NCBI GenBank assembly: GCA_016213645.1
Contig: JACQZY010000013.1
Span: 193,081 to 257,080, forward strand
Direction: 5' to 3'
Source: Actinomycetota bacterium
Lineage (GTDB): Bacteria > Actinomycetota > Thermoleophilia > Solirubrobacterales > JACPNS01
Length of the DNA stretch: 64,000 nt
Shown here: one piece after another, positions 9,280-18,993 of the stretch
Numbering within the stretch: the stretch's first letter is position 1
Layout: each line of letters begins with the position of its first letter
The notes under the pieces: generated by a model
Databases searched by the model: none
Told to the model about the DNA's origin: nothing
Seen by the model: only the letters and a program-made list of their open reading frames with translations
Made by a program: the position numbers and the translations under genes

Positions 9280-10299
9280 ATGATCGAGGCGAGGCGGCCG
9301 GTGCTCGTGGCGCCGGACAAATTCAAGGGCACGCTGACCGCCGCGCAGGTCGCGGCGGCAATCGCGCACGGTCTCGCGCGAGCGGGTGTGGACGCTGACA
9401 TCTGCCGCGTTGCCGACGGCGGTGAAGGCACGATCGACGTGCTCACCGAGAACGTCGAACACGAGCTGGTCGCGGTCGCCGCCCACGACGTTCTCGGACG
9501 CGCCGTGAAAGGTCGCGTGGCGGTGGTCGACGATGGCCGCAAGGCACTCGTAGAAGTGGCGGACGCGGTCGGTCTATCGCTGATCGAATCCGGCGAGCGC
9601 GAAGCGGTGGCGGCGAGTTCGCGTGGAGCGGGTGAACTGATTGCCGCGGCGGCCGGCATGGGGGTGCGCGAGATTTTTGTGGGCGTGGGCGGCACCGCGA
9701 TGACCGACGGAGGAGCGGGTGCGATTGAGGCGCTGCGCGAGGCCCGGCTCGTGGGTGTTCGCGGTCCACTTGCCGGGCTGCCGCGCCTTACCGTGCTTTG
9801 TGACGCGCGGGCCGGCTGGGAGCAGGCCGTGACCGTGTTTTCACCGCAGAAGGGCGCGCGTGAGGCCGATCTGCCGTTATTGCTCGAACGATTCGAACGG
9901 CTTGCCGGAACGCTGCCGCGCGATCCGCGCGGCGTGCTCTTCACCGGCTGCGGAGGCGGGTTGGCGGGCGGGCTGTGGTCCGCGGCGGGGGCGGAGCTGA
10001 AGTCCGGCGCGGGAGTCGTGCTGGACCGGATCGGTTTCAACGCGCGCATGCATACGGCGCGTGCGGTGATCACCGGAGAGGGCCGTCTGGATCACCAGAC
10101 GCTGCTGGGCAAAGCCGTCGGCGAGGTGGCAACGCGCTCGCGCCAGAACGGTGTGCCGTGCCACGCGATCGTCGGTCGCCGTGCGATGAGCGAGTTCGAG
10201 GCGCGGATTCTGGACTTTGAGAGCGTCAGCGAGGCGGGGACGGCGCGTGCGATCGCTGCGTCGGCGGAGCGACTGGTGGCGGCATTGGCCGCGCGCTGA
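9280..10299 (+). CDS. glxK: Glycerate kinase
   Basis: VLVAPDKFKGTLTAAQVA, DGGEGT and a C-terminal GEGRLDHQTLLGKA are glycerate kinase family signatures. This is only the 3' third of the 828-aa ORF-track entry. An alternative GTG start lies at 9244. Confidence 0.85.
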   Translation: MIEARRPVLVAPDKFKGTLTAAQVAAAIAHGLARAGVDADICRVADGGEGTIDVLTENVEHELVAVAAHDVLGRAVKGRVAVVDDGRKALVEVADAVGLSLIESGEREAVAASSRGAGELIAAAAGMGVREIFVGVGGTAMTDGGAGAIEALREARLVGVRGPLAGLPRLTVLCDARAGWEQAVTVFSPQKGAREADLPLLLERFERLAGTLPRDPRGVLFTGCGGGLAGGLWSAAGAELKSGAGVVLDRIGFNARMHTARAVITGEGRLDHQTLLGKAVGEVATRSRQNGVPCHAIVGRRAMSEFEARILDFESVSEAGTARAIAASAERLVAALAAR

Positions 10300-10310
10300 G
10301 CGTGGTCACA

Positions 10311-11927
10311 TTAAGGCCTCAGCGGATCGAATAGACAGCCAGGATTGAGCATTCCCGTGGGGTCCAGCTCGGCCTTTGCGGCGCGCAGCGCCGCGGCGAA
10401 GGGCTCGGGGCGCTGGCGTTCGTACCACGGACGGTGATCGCGCCCGACGGCATGGTGGTGAGTGATCGACGCGCCGTTGATGCTGAGTACTTCCGAAACG
10501 GCCTCTTTGATCGACTGCCACTGGGCGACCTCGTCGCCGCGCGCCGCCGGTGCAAGCACCGTGAAGTATGGCGCCGGACCATCCGGATAAATGTGCGTGA
10601 AGCGGCAGGTGACTTTGCCGCGACCGTCTGTGGTCTTTGCGACCGCGGAAATCACACCGTCGCGCAGCGCACTGAAGCGGTCCCATGTGGTCACCGTCTC
10701 AAAGGTCTCGGCAAGTACTCCGCACGCAACCAGCGTGTTGCGGATGTAGGGAGCGCGAATGAAGGTCTCGCGCCACTTCGCGCCGCCGCCGGTGCCTTCG
10801 GAGGCGGCACCCTCGGGGCCGGTGCCACCGGAGCTCCGCAGTACCACGCCACCACATTCCACGGCGATCGCTTTGGCCTGTTCGAAGCGTTCATCCACCG
10901 CCGCGCCCGCGGACTCGAACCCCAGCACCATCAAATGCGCCGAGCCGTCCCCCGCAAGTGTGAAGCGCGCCTCCTCTGCCTCGATCAGACGGCAGTTACT
11001 TGGACGCAGACCGCTCTGCGCGATCGCGCGCACCGCGTCCACGCCATCTTCGAAGCGTTCGTACAACACCGATGCCTGGGCGCGCCGAGTTGGACGCGGT
11101 CGCACGCGAACCCACGACTCGGTGACCACGCCAAGCGTGCCCTCCGAACCGAGCAACATGCGATCCGGCGACGGTCCGGCACCGGAGGCCGGCAGCCTGA
11201 AGCTCTGCCACAGGCCAGACGGCGTGATCGCCCGCACCGACTCCACGAGATCGTCGATGTGTGTTTCGACCGTCGCAAAGTGCCCGCCGGCCCGTGTGAC
11301 GATCCAGCCTCCCAGCGTCGCGAACTCGAACGACTGTGGGTAGAAGCGCATTGTCATCCCGTGCGCTTCGAGTGCTTTTTCGAGCACCGGACCGGCGGCG
11401 CCCGCCTGGATGCGCGCGGCCTGGCTGACGTCGTCGAGCTCCAGCAACTGGTCGAACTCGCCCATGTCAAGCGTGATCACGCCGTCATAACCAGAGGGCA
11501 CCTCGGGCCGGACGCCGCCCACCACCGAGGTGCCGCCGCCGTAGGGGATCACCGCCGCATTCGCCGCGGCCGCCCATTCGAGCACTTGCTCGATCTGGTT
11601 TTCGTCGCGAGGCGTGGCGACCGCGTCGGGCGCGAAGCGAAAGTCTCCGCGAAACCCGTGAATGACATCTTGGTACGAACTGCCCCATGCTCGCTCAGCG
11701 CGAGCGCGAGCGTCCGGGGTGACGATTTCGCTCAGGGCTGGCGGCGTCTCGATTCGCGCGGGCGCGAGCGCGTCCGCGTCAAACGGCGTCGGCTGCTCCA
11801 CCTCGCCGTCGATCTCAAAGCCCAACAGCGCCCCGAGATTCGCCGCCGCGCCGGCAAGTGCGTCCGCGTCCGGCTCGTCGCCAACCCTGCCCCAAGCCCA
11901 AAGGCTGCGTTGTGACTTGTCGCTCAT
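10311..11927 (-). CDS. FAD-linked oxidase (FAD_binding_4 fold, alkyl-DHAP synthase / glycolate oxidase-like)
   Basis: PYGGGTSVVGG and DMGEFDQLLELDD form the PCMH-type FAD-binding region. The C-terminal HHHAVGRDH is typical of the alkylglycerone-phosphate synthase-like subgroup. Confidence 0.8.
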   Translation of the reverse strand: MSDKSQRSLWAWGRVGDEPDADALAGAAANLGALLGFEIDGEVEQPTPFDADALAPARIETPPALSEIVTPDARARAERAWGSSYQDVIHGFRGDFRFAPDAVATPRDENQIEQVLEWAAAANAAVIPYGGGTSVVGGVRPEVPSGYDGVITLDMGEFDQLLELDDVSQAARIQAGAAGPVLEKALEAHGMTMRFYPQSFEFATLGGWIVTRAGGHFATVETHIDDLVESVRAITPSGLWQSFRLPASGAGPSPDRMLLGSEGTLGVVTESWVRVRPRPTRRAQASVLYERFEDGVDAVRAIAQSGLRPSNCRLIEAEEARFTLAGDGSAHLMVLGFESAGAAVDERFEQAKAIAVECGGVVLRSSGGTGPEGAASEGTGGGAKWRETFIRAPYIRNTLVACGVLAETFETVTTWDRFSALRDGVISAVAKTTDGRGKVTCRFTHIYPDGPAPYFTVLAPAARGDEVAQWQSIKEAVSEVLSINGASITHHHAVGRDHRPWYERQRPEPFAAALRAAKAELDPTGMLNPGCLFDPLRP

Positions 11928-12781
11928 CGGTCCATCAACCTCCCGACGATCGCCTCGTAGACGCCCGCGCCGTGGCCTTCCTCCGTGACGGAGGCGTTCT
12001 GATATCTGGGCAACAACAGCTCCATATCCGGATTCCGTTCTATCGCGTTTTTCATCACAAAAAACCGTCCCACGACCGGTGCGACCTCGAGATCTTCGAC
12101 CGAGTCGCCGCAGGCGATCGTCTCGTCAGGCGCGTAGCCGCGGATCTGCATGTGGCGCGCGACACCGGCGGCCTTACTGGCAACACGCGGAATCAGGTGA
12201 TACGCGTGAAGGTGCTCAAACGCCGCCAGCTTTTCGGAGCGACGATGAATGCGCCCGTTGTCAACAAGCCGCAGGTCGCCGAAGCCGCGTTGCTCCAGCA
12301 GCGCGTCGGCCTGGTCGGTGTCCAACCAGCCGCGAAACAAGTGCGAGACGTCGCGGTCGCGGTGCCAGGGCTCGTGGTACTCCAGCCGGTCGGAGAACTC
12401 ATCCAGCAAAAGCGCGGGTGCGCCGGCGGTCTCGATCTGTTCGAAGATCGTTTGCGTGTCCGTGGGTTTAAGCCCGCCCGTCAGCCACTCGGTCTCGCCG
12501 TCCACGTGAACGCCGCAGCCGACCTCGAAGATGTAGCTTGTCTGGCCGAAGAGGCGGGCGGCTTCGTGAACCTGCGCCTCGCGACGACCACTGAAGATGC
12601 AGAGTTCAACGTCGGCGCGCAGACACGTTTCGATCGCACGTGCGCCGATGTTGGTGACGCGGCGCTCGCCATCGTGAAACAGCGACGCGCCAAATCCCAG
12701 CAACGTGCCGTCGAGGTCTACGTAAACGCACTTAAGCGCCACGGGCGCCTCCGTTTCGAAGATTTCCGGAATTGCCGGCAA
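11924..12781 (-). CDS. HAD-superfamily hydrolase (IIB-like)
   Basis: Motif I is VYVDLDGTLLG, with a late CGDSVEDLE acidic motif. It overlaps the downstream FAD oxidase gene by 4 bp, which suggests an operon. Confidence 0.7.
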   Translation of the reverse strand: MPAIPEIFETEAPVALKCVYVDLDGTLLGFGASLFHDGERRVTNIGARAIETCLRADVELCIFSGRREAQVHEAARLFGQTSYIFEVGCGVHVDGETEWLTGGLKPTDTQTIFEQIETAGAPALLLDEFSDRLEYHEPWHRDRDVSHLFRGWLDTDQADALLEQRGFGDLRLVDNGRIHRRSEKLAAFEHLHAYHLIPRVASKAAGVARHMQIRGYAPDETIACGDSVEDLEVAPVVGRFFVMKNAIERNPDMELLLPRYQNASVTEEGHGAGVYEAIVGRLMDR

Positions 12782-12831
12782 CTGACAGGTACGCCGGGCG
12801 CGAACACCGCGCCGACTGACTGGTAGCCGTC

Positions 12832-15207
12832 GTGCATCGTCGCGAGCGTACTATCCGTCGGGTGGATCGGACGCGCTGGGAGCAACTCATCACCGGCGGC
12901 GAGGCCGAACCGCCGGAGCAGCTCGTCGCGTTCACCACGGAACCGGGACAGGACGCGTTTCTCGTGGATCCGCCGGATGAGCTTCACCCCGCACTGCGCG
13001 CCGCGCTGGCCGATCAGGGAATCGAGCGGCTTTACGGACATCAGCTTCAGGTTTTTGACGAGGCTCTGGGCGGCGGCATTTCGCCCGGCGGAAATGTGAT
13101 CGTCACGACCGCGACGGCCTCCGGCAAATCGCTCTCGTTCAACCTGCCGGTGTTGCACACGCTCGCGCACGACTCGCGAGCGCGGGCGCTGTATCTGTAT
13201 CCCACAAAGGCGCTTGCACAGGATCAGGCGCGAAAGCTCGGGGAGCTCGGCACGGCGATGCAGAAAGCGTCGTCTGTCAGCGGTGGGGCCGGTGGCGGCC
13301 GGCGTGCGCAGCTCCTGCGCCACGCCGTCTACGACGGCGACACCCCCGGTGGCGAGCGCAAGTCGATCCGCGAACGCTCCAATTTGGTGCTCAGCAATCC
13401 CGACATGCTCAGCCGAGGCATCATGCCCAACCACAAACAATGGGCCGACTTCTTCGCAAACCTGGCTTGGGTGGTGGTCGACGAGGCGCATGCGTATCGC
13501 GGCGTCTTCGGCTCACACGTGGCCAATGTGCTGCGCCGGTTGAGGCGGCTGGCCGCCGCCTACGGCACGACGCCGCGATTCATCCTCACCAGCGCGACGA
13601 TCGCCAACCCGCTCCAGCTGGCCGAGCGCCTGGTGGGCGAGCCGTTCGCGCTCGTGGACCGCGACGGTGGACCCCGCTCCCAACGCGGCGTGGTGATGTG
13701 GAATCCGCCGTTGGTGGACGAAAAGAACGGCCGCCGCGCCAGCGCCCTAGCCGAGGCCGCGTCGCTATTGGTGAGACTGGTGCGCGCCGATGTGCGCACG
13801 ATCGTGTTCATGAAATCTCGCCGTGGCGTGGAACTGATCCGACGCTTCGCCGCCGAGGCGCTGGCCGACCGGCCGGACCTCGCCGAAGCCGTGATGCCAT
13901 ATCGCGCCGGTTACACCGCCACCCAGCGCCGCGAAATCGAGCAGCGGCTGGCGTCCGGTGAGCTTCGCGCGGTCGTCGCCACCAGCGCGCTTGAGCTGGG
14001 GATCGACATCGGCCACCTGGACGCCGCGATCTGCACAACCTTCCCCGGCACGGTGGCGTCGTTGCGCCAGATGTGGGGCCGCGCCGGTCGCGACCGCGAA
14101 GGTCTGGCCGTCTACGTGGCCGGCGAAGACGCACTCGACCAGTTCTTCTGCCGACACCCCGAAGAGTTTCTGGAGCGGCCGGTGGAAGCCGCGATCCTGG
14201 ATCCGTGGAACGACACAATTCACTTGCGCCATCTGCACGCCGCGGCGTATGAACTGCCGTTGCGCGAGGTCGACGCCGAGTTCTTCGGCGAGCGCGTCAC
14301 GGAGTTCGCCGGGAGGTTGGCGGCGGCGGGCGCATTGCGTGAGGACCCGTCACGGCCCGGCCGCTGGCTGCTGCGCGGCGAAGGCTTTCCGGCCGGGCGA
14401 ATCGCGCTGCGCAGCGCGGGCGCGGACAACTTCCACATCGTCGACGGCGAGAGCGGCGAGGTGATCGGCACGGTCGAAGCCGAGCGCGCGTTCACCAACG
14501 TCCACCCGGGCGCGATCTACCTGCACATGGGCGTGTCTTATGAGATTGACGAGATCGACTTGGACTCGCGCGCGGTCGTCGCCAAGCCGTTCAGCGGCGA
14601 GTGGTACACACAGCCCAAGGTGGACATCGACACCTACATCGAGGAGGTGCTCGAATCGCGGCAGATCGGCAACGCGCGGCTGCACTTCGGCAACGTGGCC
14701 GTCAGCGAGCAGGTGATCGCGTTTCAGCGCAAGGCGGTGGCGGATCACAACGTGCTTTCGCTGGAGGCGCTGGACCTGCCCGAGCAGCATTTCGTCACCC
14801 AGGCGTTGTGGTTCACGCTCGGCGGCGAACCGGAGGCCGAGGCATTGCCGCTGAACATCTTGCAGGGCGCGCTTCACGCCGCCGAGCACGCGCAGATTGC
14901 CGTGCTGCCACTGATCGCTATGTGCGACCGCTGGGACATCGGCGGGCTTTCGACCGCGTTTCACGCCCAGACCGGCGAGCCGACGATCTTCATTTACGAC
15001 GGGCACCCCGGCGGCGTTGGCATCACGCGGCGCGGATACGAGCAGTTCGAACGGCTCGCCGCCGACGCGCTGCGGCTGATCGCGGAATGCGGTTGCGGCA
15101 GCGGCTGCCCAAGTTGCGTGCAGTCACCAAAGTGCGGCAACCTCAACGAACCGCTGCACAAAGCCGGCGCGGCGAAGCTGTTGGCGGCGCTGGCGGGCGG
15201 CGGATAG
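12832..15207 (+). CDS. DEAD/DEAH-box helicase with C-terminal DUF1998 zinc module (MrfA/YprA-like)
   Basis: Walker A is TATASGKSL and the DEAH box is VVDEAH. Helicase C motifs are TSALELGIDIG and QMWGRAGR. The C-terminal four-Cys cluster is CGCGSGCPSCVQSPKCGN. Confidence 0.9.
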   Translation: MHRRERTIRRVDRTRWEQLITGGEAEPPEQLVAFTTEPGQDAFLVDPPDELHPALRAALADQGIERLYGHQLQVFDEALGGGISPGGNVIVTTATASGKSLSFNLPVLHTLAHDSRARALYLYPTKALAQDQARKLGELGTAMQKASSVSGGAGGGRRAQLLRHAVYDGDTPGGERKSIRERSNLVLSNPDMLSRGIMPNHKQWADFFANLAWVVVDEAHAYRGVFGSHVANVLRRLRRLAAAYGTTPRFILTSATIANPLQLAERLVGEPFALVDRDGGPRSQRGVVMWNPPLVDEKNGRRASALAEAASLLVRLVRADVRTIVFMKSRRGVELIRRFAAEALADRPDLAEAVMPYRAGYTATQRREIEQRLASGELRAVVATSALELGIDIGHLDAAICTTFPGTVASLRQMWGRAGRDREGLAVYVAGEDALDQFFCRHPEEFLERPVEAAILDPWNDTIHLRHLHAAAYELPLREVDAEFFGERVTEFAGRLAAAGALREDPSRPGRWLLRGEGFPAGRIALRSAGADNFHIVDGESGEVIGTVEAERAFTNVHPGAIYLHMGVSYEIDEIDLDSRAVVAKPFSGEWYTQPKVDIDTYIEEVLESRQIGNARLHFGNVAVSEQVIAFQRKAVADHNVLSLEALDLPEQHFVTQALWFTLGGEPEAEALPLNILQGALHAAEHAQIAVLPLIAMCDRWDIGGLSTAFHAQTGEPTIFIYDGHPGGVGITRRGYEQFERLAADALRLIAECGCGSGCPSCVQSPKCGNLNEPLHKAGAAKLLAALAGGG

Positions 15208-15353
15208 CCGGTCGCGACGGCCGAAAGCCGACCGGCCCTGCAACTCCCGTCCCAGCGGATTGACATCCACGCCGGACCGCCGAGAATTGGTATGAGGTAT
15301 TGCGGAAGCCGGGGTGACCGGGGGAGCACCCCGGCTTGCCTCACAACTACGTC

Positions 15354-16454
15354 ATGGAAGCGATCAAACGCAACAACTCACGCCCGACGGATCCAGGTCT
15401 CCGTCGCGCGCGCACCCCGTCGCGCGCGACGGTTCGCCTGCTGGTCTGCATGACGTGCGTAATCGCGTCGCCCGCGTTCTTCAGCGCCCCCGCACAGGCA
15501 TTCGCCGGTTCGGAGTCCGGATTCGGCGGCACGCGCTTTGTGTCCGCCTCGGAATCAGGCGGCACAGCGCCCGGCGACGGCATCGCCGGGGGTGACGCGT
15601 CACGGCGACGCGGCAAACGCGCGGCGGCACCCACGATCGCGTCCTTCTCGCTGGTCGCGAACGCGCTTTACGACGAAGGCCGGCCGCTGAAGCTGCGTTA
15701 CCTGGTGAAGGCTCGCTCGCGCACCATCCACGTACGCGCGGTCGTGCGCACCGCTGCCGGAGCGTTTGTAACCACGGTCGATCTGGGCCGCCATCACAGC
15801 GGCGTGAGGCAGATCGCGGCGCTCACGAAAGATCAATTGGGCGTATCGGCTCCCGGCGACTACAAGCTGCGCCTAAGCGCCACAGACCGCAGCGGGCGCC
15901 GAGCCGCGCGTGCGGCACGCGTGCCGGTCTGGCTTGCGTTCAGCTACTCAGATCATCGCTTTCCACTTACCGGCAGCTTCAGCTGGGGCGGCGCCGACTC
16001 CCGTTTCGGCGCGGGACGACCGGGCCACATTCACCAGGGACAAGATCTCGCCGCAGCCGAAGGCTCGCCGGTCGTCGCGCCTTACGGCGGAACGATCAGC
16101 TGGGTCCGCTACCAGGCAGACGGCGCCGGCTGGTACGTGGTGCTGGACGCGCTCGACGGACGTGACTATGTGTTTATGCACCTCCAGGCCGGCTCGATCG
16201 AAGTCAAGCCCGGAGATGCCGTGCCCACCGGCAAGTTGCTCGCGCGCGTCGGCAACACCGGTTCTTCAAACGGTGCACATCTGCACTTCGAGGCTTGGAC
16301 GGACGGACCGTGGCAGTTCGGCGGCAAACCGATCGACCCACGGGACTTGCTGGAGAACTGGTACGCGTCGGCACCGGGCGGAGCGCAGGCTGCAAGTGCC
16401 AAGGCGACCGCGGCCACGGCAAGCGCGGCGGCGAGCTCGTCGCCGCTTGATTAA
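15354..16454 (+). CDS. M23-family metallopeptidase (secreted)
   Basis: A signal-like VRLLVCMTCVIASPAFFSAPAQAFA is present. The zinc motifs are HIHQGQDLAA and GNTGSSNGAHLHFE. I preferred ATG 15354 over the TTG at 15336 in the ORF track. Confidence 0.85.
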   Translation: MEAIKRNNSRPTDPGLRRARTPSRATVRLLVCMTCVIASPAFFSAPAQAFAGSESGFGGTRFVSASESGGTAPGDGIAGGDASRRRGKRAAAPTIASFSLVANALYDEGRPLKLRYLVKARSRTIHVRAVVRTAAGAFVTTVDLGRHHSGVRQIAALTKDQLGVSAPGDYKLRLSATDRSGRRAARAARVPVWLAFSYSDHRFPLTGSFSWGGADSRFGAGRPGHIHQGQDLAAAEGSPVVAPYGGTISWVRYQADGAGWYVVLDALDGRDYVFMHLQAGSIEVKPGDAVPTGKLLARVGNTGSSNGAHLHFEAWTDGPWQFGGKPIDPRDLLENWYASAPGGAQAASAKATAATASAAASSSPLD

Positions 16455-16530
16455 GCAGAGCGGCGGCCACTACGCCCGACGCGGTGGCGAACGAACCCCG
16501 TTCGAATGGAGCCCGGACGCGGGCCGCTCT

Positions 16531-17040
16531 ATGCTGCCGCCGATGGCGATCGTGCGTCCAGAACAGCCCGGCGACGATGACGCAATCGCGGCGATCCTGC
16601 GCGCGGCGTTCAACGATGACTCCGAAGCCGACCTGGTCGAGCGACTGCGCGGCAGCGAATCCTGGGTGCCCGAACTCTCAATCGTCGTGCAGCAGGAAGA
16701 CCAACTGGTGGCCTACGCGCTGCTGTCCCGCGTGACCGCAGGCGAGGCCAACGCGCTTGCGCTTGGTCCGGTGGCGGTGCTGCCCGACCACCAGGGCGGG
16801 CGCCTCGGCGGCGCGCTCGTAAGAATGGCGCTCGACCGCGCTCGATCGCTTCATTTCGACTGCGCAATCGCGATCGGCCCGCCGCGATTTCTCGAATCCT
16901 GCGGCTTCGAACCAGCTACGGCGCACGGCGTAACCACCCAGGTGCGTCTGCCGCAAGACGCTTTTCGGATTTTTCAGCTTCAACCCGGGGTCATTCCGGA
17001 AGGTCCCGTGCTCTGGCCCGACGAGTGGTCCGACTCCTGA
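16531..17040 (+). CDS. GNAT-family N-acetyltransferase
   Basis: IVRPEQPGDDDAIAAILRAAF opens the protein, and the acetyl-CoA loop VLPDHQGGRLGGALVRMAL is present. Only the 3' part of the 376-aa ORF-track entry is used. An alternative ATG lies at 16543. Confidence 0.8.
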   Translation: MLPPMAIVRPEQPGDDDAIAAILRAAFNDDSEADLVERLRGSESWVPELSIVVQQEDQLVAYALLSRVTAGEANALALGPVAVLPDHQGGRLGGALVRMALDRARSLHFDCAIAIGPPRFLESCGFEPATAHGVTTQVRLPQDAFRIFQLQPGVIPEGPVLWPDEWSDS

Positions 17041-17110
17041 CCCAACCGGTCCGAGGCAAAACCAGACAAGCCGGCTCCGCCGTACGGCGGCGACCTTAGA
17101 CTCAAATCAG

Positions 17111-17830
17111 ATGAAGCGCATCGGCCACAAAGGTGCCCACCTCGTTGAGGCGGGCAACACGATCGCCAGCTTCGAAGCCGCTCGCGGTCTGCCGATCGAC
17201 ATGATCGAGTTCGACGTGATCCGTTGGCAAGGCCGATTGGTGATCGCGCATGATCCTCACGATGCCGCGGAGCGCGAAGGCGATTCACTGCTGACGATGG
17301 AACAGGGCCTCGACCATCTCGCCGGCGGCGACTTCAGTTCGCTTGGCCTGGACGTGGACATGAAGCACCGCGGTTTCGAGTTGGAGCTGATCGACGCGCT
17401 CGCCGAACGCGACCTGCACACGCGCACAACGATCACGACGATGCACGAGCAGAGTCTCACGCTGATCCGCGAACACCACCCCGGCCAACACATCGGCCTC
17501 ACGATCCCGCTGGTCAACCGCGACTGGCTGGCGATGCCGAAGCCCGTCCAAGCTCTTGTTGCCGGAGGCGTGGGTTACCACCGTATACGCCAGCCGACAC
17601 GCGTCGCAAGACTGCTGCGCGAGGGTGCGATCGACGCGGTGATGGCGTTTCACGCGGTGGTCGGACGGCGACTGGTGGATGCGGTCCAAGGGGCGGGCGG
17701 CGAGATTTATGCCTGGACCGTTGATGACGTGGCCACGATCGACCGCCTGACGGCACTGGGTGTGGACGGCATCGTCAGTAACGATCCCCGGCTTTTCCAG
17801 CGAGCGGCGGCCGACCGGGCGGCGGCCTGA
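17111..17830 (+). CDS. Glycerophosphodiester phosphodiesterase family protein
   Basis: The GDPD N-terminal signature is present as MKRIGHKGA...NTIASFEAA...MIEFDV, and a C-terminal YAWTVDD...GVDGIVSNDP matches the family. Confidence 0.8.
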   Translation: MKRIGHKGAHLVEAGNTIASFEAARGLPIDMIEFDVIRWQGRLVIAHDPHDAAEREGDSLLTMEQGLDHLAGGDFSSLGLDVDMKHRGFELELIDALAERDLHTRTTITTMHEQSLTLIREHHPGQHIGLTIPLVNRDWLAMPKPVQALVAGGVGYHRIRQPTRVARLLREGAIDAVMAFHAVVGRRLVDAVQGAGGEIYAWTVDDVATIDRLTALGVDGIVSNDPRLFQRAAADRAAA

Positions 17831-17909
17831 CGACGGCCTGACGACGGCCGATGCAAATTACCTCCACACCTTCCGTCCGCGCCCCGCGCGCTGTACCATC
17901 ACCACGCGC

Positions 17910-17982
17910 GGCGAGATAGCTCAGTTGGTAGAGCACACGACTGAAAATCGTGGTGTCCCCGGTTCGAATCCGGGTCTCGCCA
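17910..17982 (+). tRNA. tRNA-Phe (anticodon GAA)
   Basis: A cloverleaf reads directly from the sequence. The acceptor stem is GGCGAGA/TCTCGCC, the D arm is GCTCAGTTGGTAGAGC, the anticodon loop is CTGAAAA and the T arm is CCCGGTTCGAATCCGGG. CCA is not encoded. Confidence 0.95.
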
Positions 17983-18052
17983 TTCGTTGACCGCAAGACC
18001 CCGCGCGGACCGCGCGCGAGCGCACCGCTCAGTCCCCGCCGAATCAGCGCAG

Positions 18053-18985
18053 ATGACCGCCACCAAGACCTCCACCGCCCGCCAGCGGCGACTGGTGCGC
18101 CTTGTCTGGGTTTCGATCGCGGCCGCCTGCCTGACGATTGCGCTGAAGGTGGTGGCGTGGCTACTGACCGGATCGGTCGGACTGCTCAGCGACGCGGCTG
18201 AATCCGTCGTCAATCTCTTCGCCGCCGCCTTCGCGATGGCGGCCGTGCGATGGTCCAACATGCCCGCAGACGAGGAGCACGCCTACGGCCACGGCAAGGC
18301 CGACTACATGGCCGCCGGTGTGGAGGGTGGACTGATCCTGGTTGCCGCGGTGACGATCTGCGTGTCGGCCGTAAGCCGCCTGCTCGACCCGCGCGAGATC
18401 TCACAGGTGGGCCTGGGCCTTGGCGTCTCCCTGGCCGCGAGCGTTGTGAACTTCGGTGTGGCGCGCGTGCTGATCGCCGCCGGACGCGACGAGGATTCAG
18501 TGGTGCTCAAGGCCGACGGACGGCACCTGCTGACCGACGTCTGGACCTCGATCGGAGTGGTCGTTGCGGTTGGCGCGGTCGCGCTGACCGGCTGGCAGCG
18601 ACTTGACCAGATCATCGCTCTCGCGGTCGCGGTAAACATCGTCTTCACCGGCATATCGCTGGTGCGCAGTTCCGCGGGCGGGTTGATGGACCGCGCCCTC
18701 ACGGCCAAAGAGATCGACCAGATCGACGCCGTGCTGGACGGTCATCGTGGCGAGCAGATCCAGTTTCACGCGCTGCGCACGCGGCGCGCCGGCCATCGTG
18801 CGTTCGTTTCCATGCACGTGCTGGTGCCGGGCGCGTGGTCCGTGCAACAGGGCCATGACCTGATCGAGCAGATCGAAGGCGAGCTACGCACGGCGCTGAA
18901 GTTCGCCACGATCTTCACGCATTTGGAACCGATCGAAGATCCCGCGTCGTTCAGAGACACGCGGCTCGACCGCGACGAGGACTGA
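18053..18985 (+). CDS. Cation diffusion facilitator (CDF) family metal efflux transporter
   Basis: LLSDAAESVVN (TM2 metal site), HAYGHGKADY and LLTDVWTSIG (TM5 site) are present, plus a C-terminal cytoplasmic domain. I chose ATG 18053 so the gene does not overlap the tRNA. Confidence 0.9.
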   Translation: MTATKTSTARQRRLVRLVWVSIAAACLTIALKVVAWLLTGSVGLLSDAAESVVNLFAAAFAMAAVRWSNMPADEEHAYGHGKADYMAAGVEGGLILVAAVTICVSAVSRLLDPREISQVGLGLGVSLAASVVNFGVARVLIAAGRDEDSVVLKADGRHLLTDVWTSIGVVVAVGAVALTGWQRLDQIIALAVAVNIVFTGISLVRSSAGGLMDRALTAKEIDQIDAVLDGHRGEQIQFHALRTRRAGHRAFVSMHVLVPGAWSVQQGHDLIEQIEGELRTALKFATIFTHLEPIEDPASFRDTRLDRDED

Positions 18986-18993
18986 GCCGTCGA

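Noticed and set aside
12832-15207. The DEAH helicase plus DUF1998 as part of a DISARM-like or other phage-defence system.
   Set aside because: No methyltransferase, PLD-nuclease, DUF4011-type or other defence partner lies within several genes on either side. The fused helicase-DUF1998 layout matches the MrfA/YprA repair-type protein instead. I kept it only as a low-interest repair observation.
15306-15337. An 11-bp-stem hairpin (AAGCCGGGGTG ... CACCCCGGCTT) upstream of the M23 peptidase. I considered it as a c-di-AMP (ydaO-type) riboswitch, because such elements precede cell-wall hydrolases in actinobacteria.
   Set aside because: Only one simple hairpin is visible. I could not find the pseudo-twofold architecture or the conserved ydaO sequence blocks. 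It is more likely the helicase terminator or a plain 5' structure. A covariance-model scan would be needed to revisit this.
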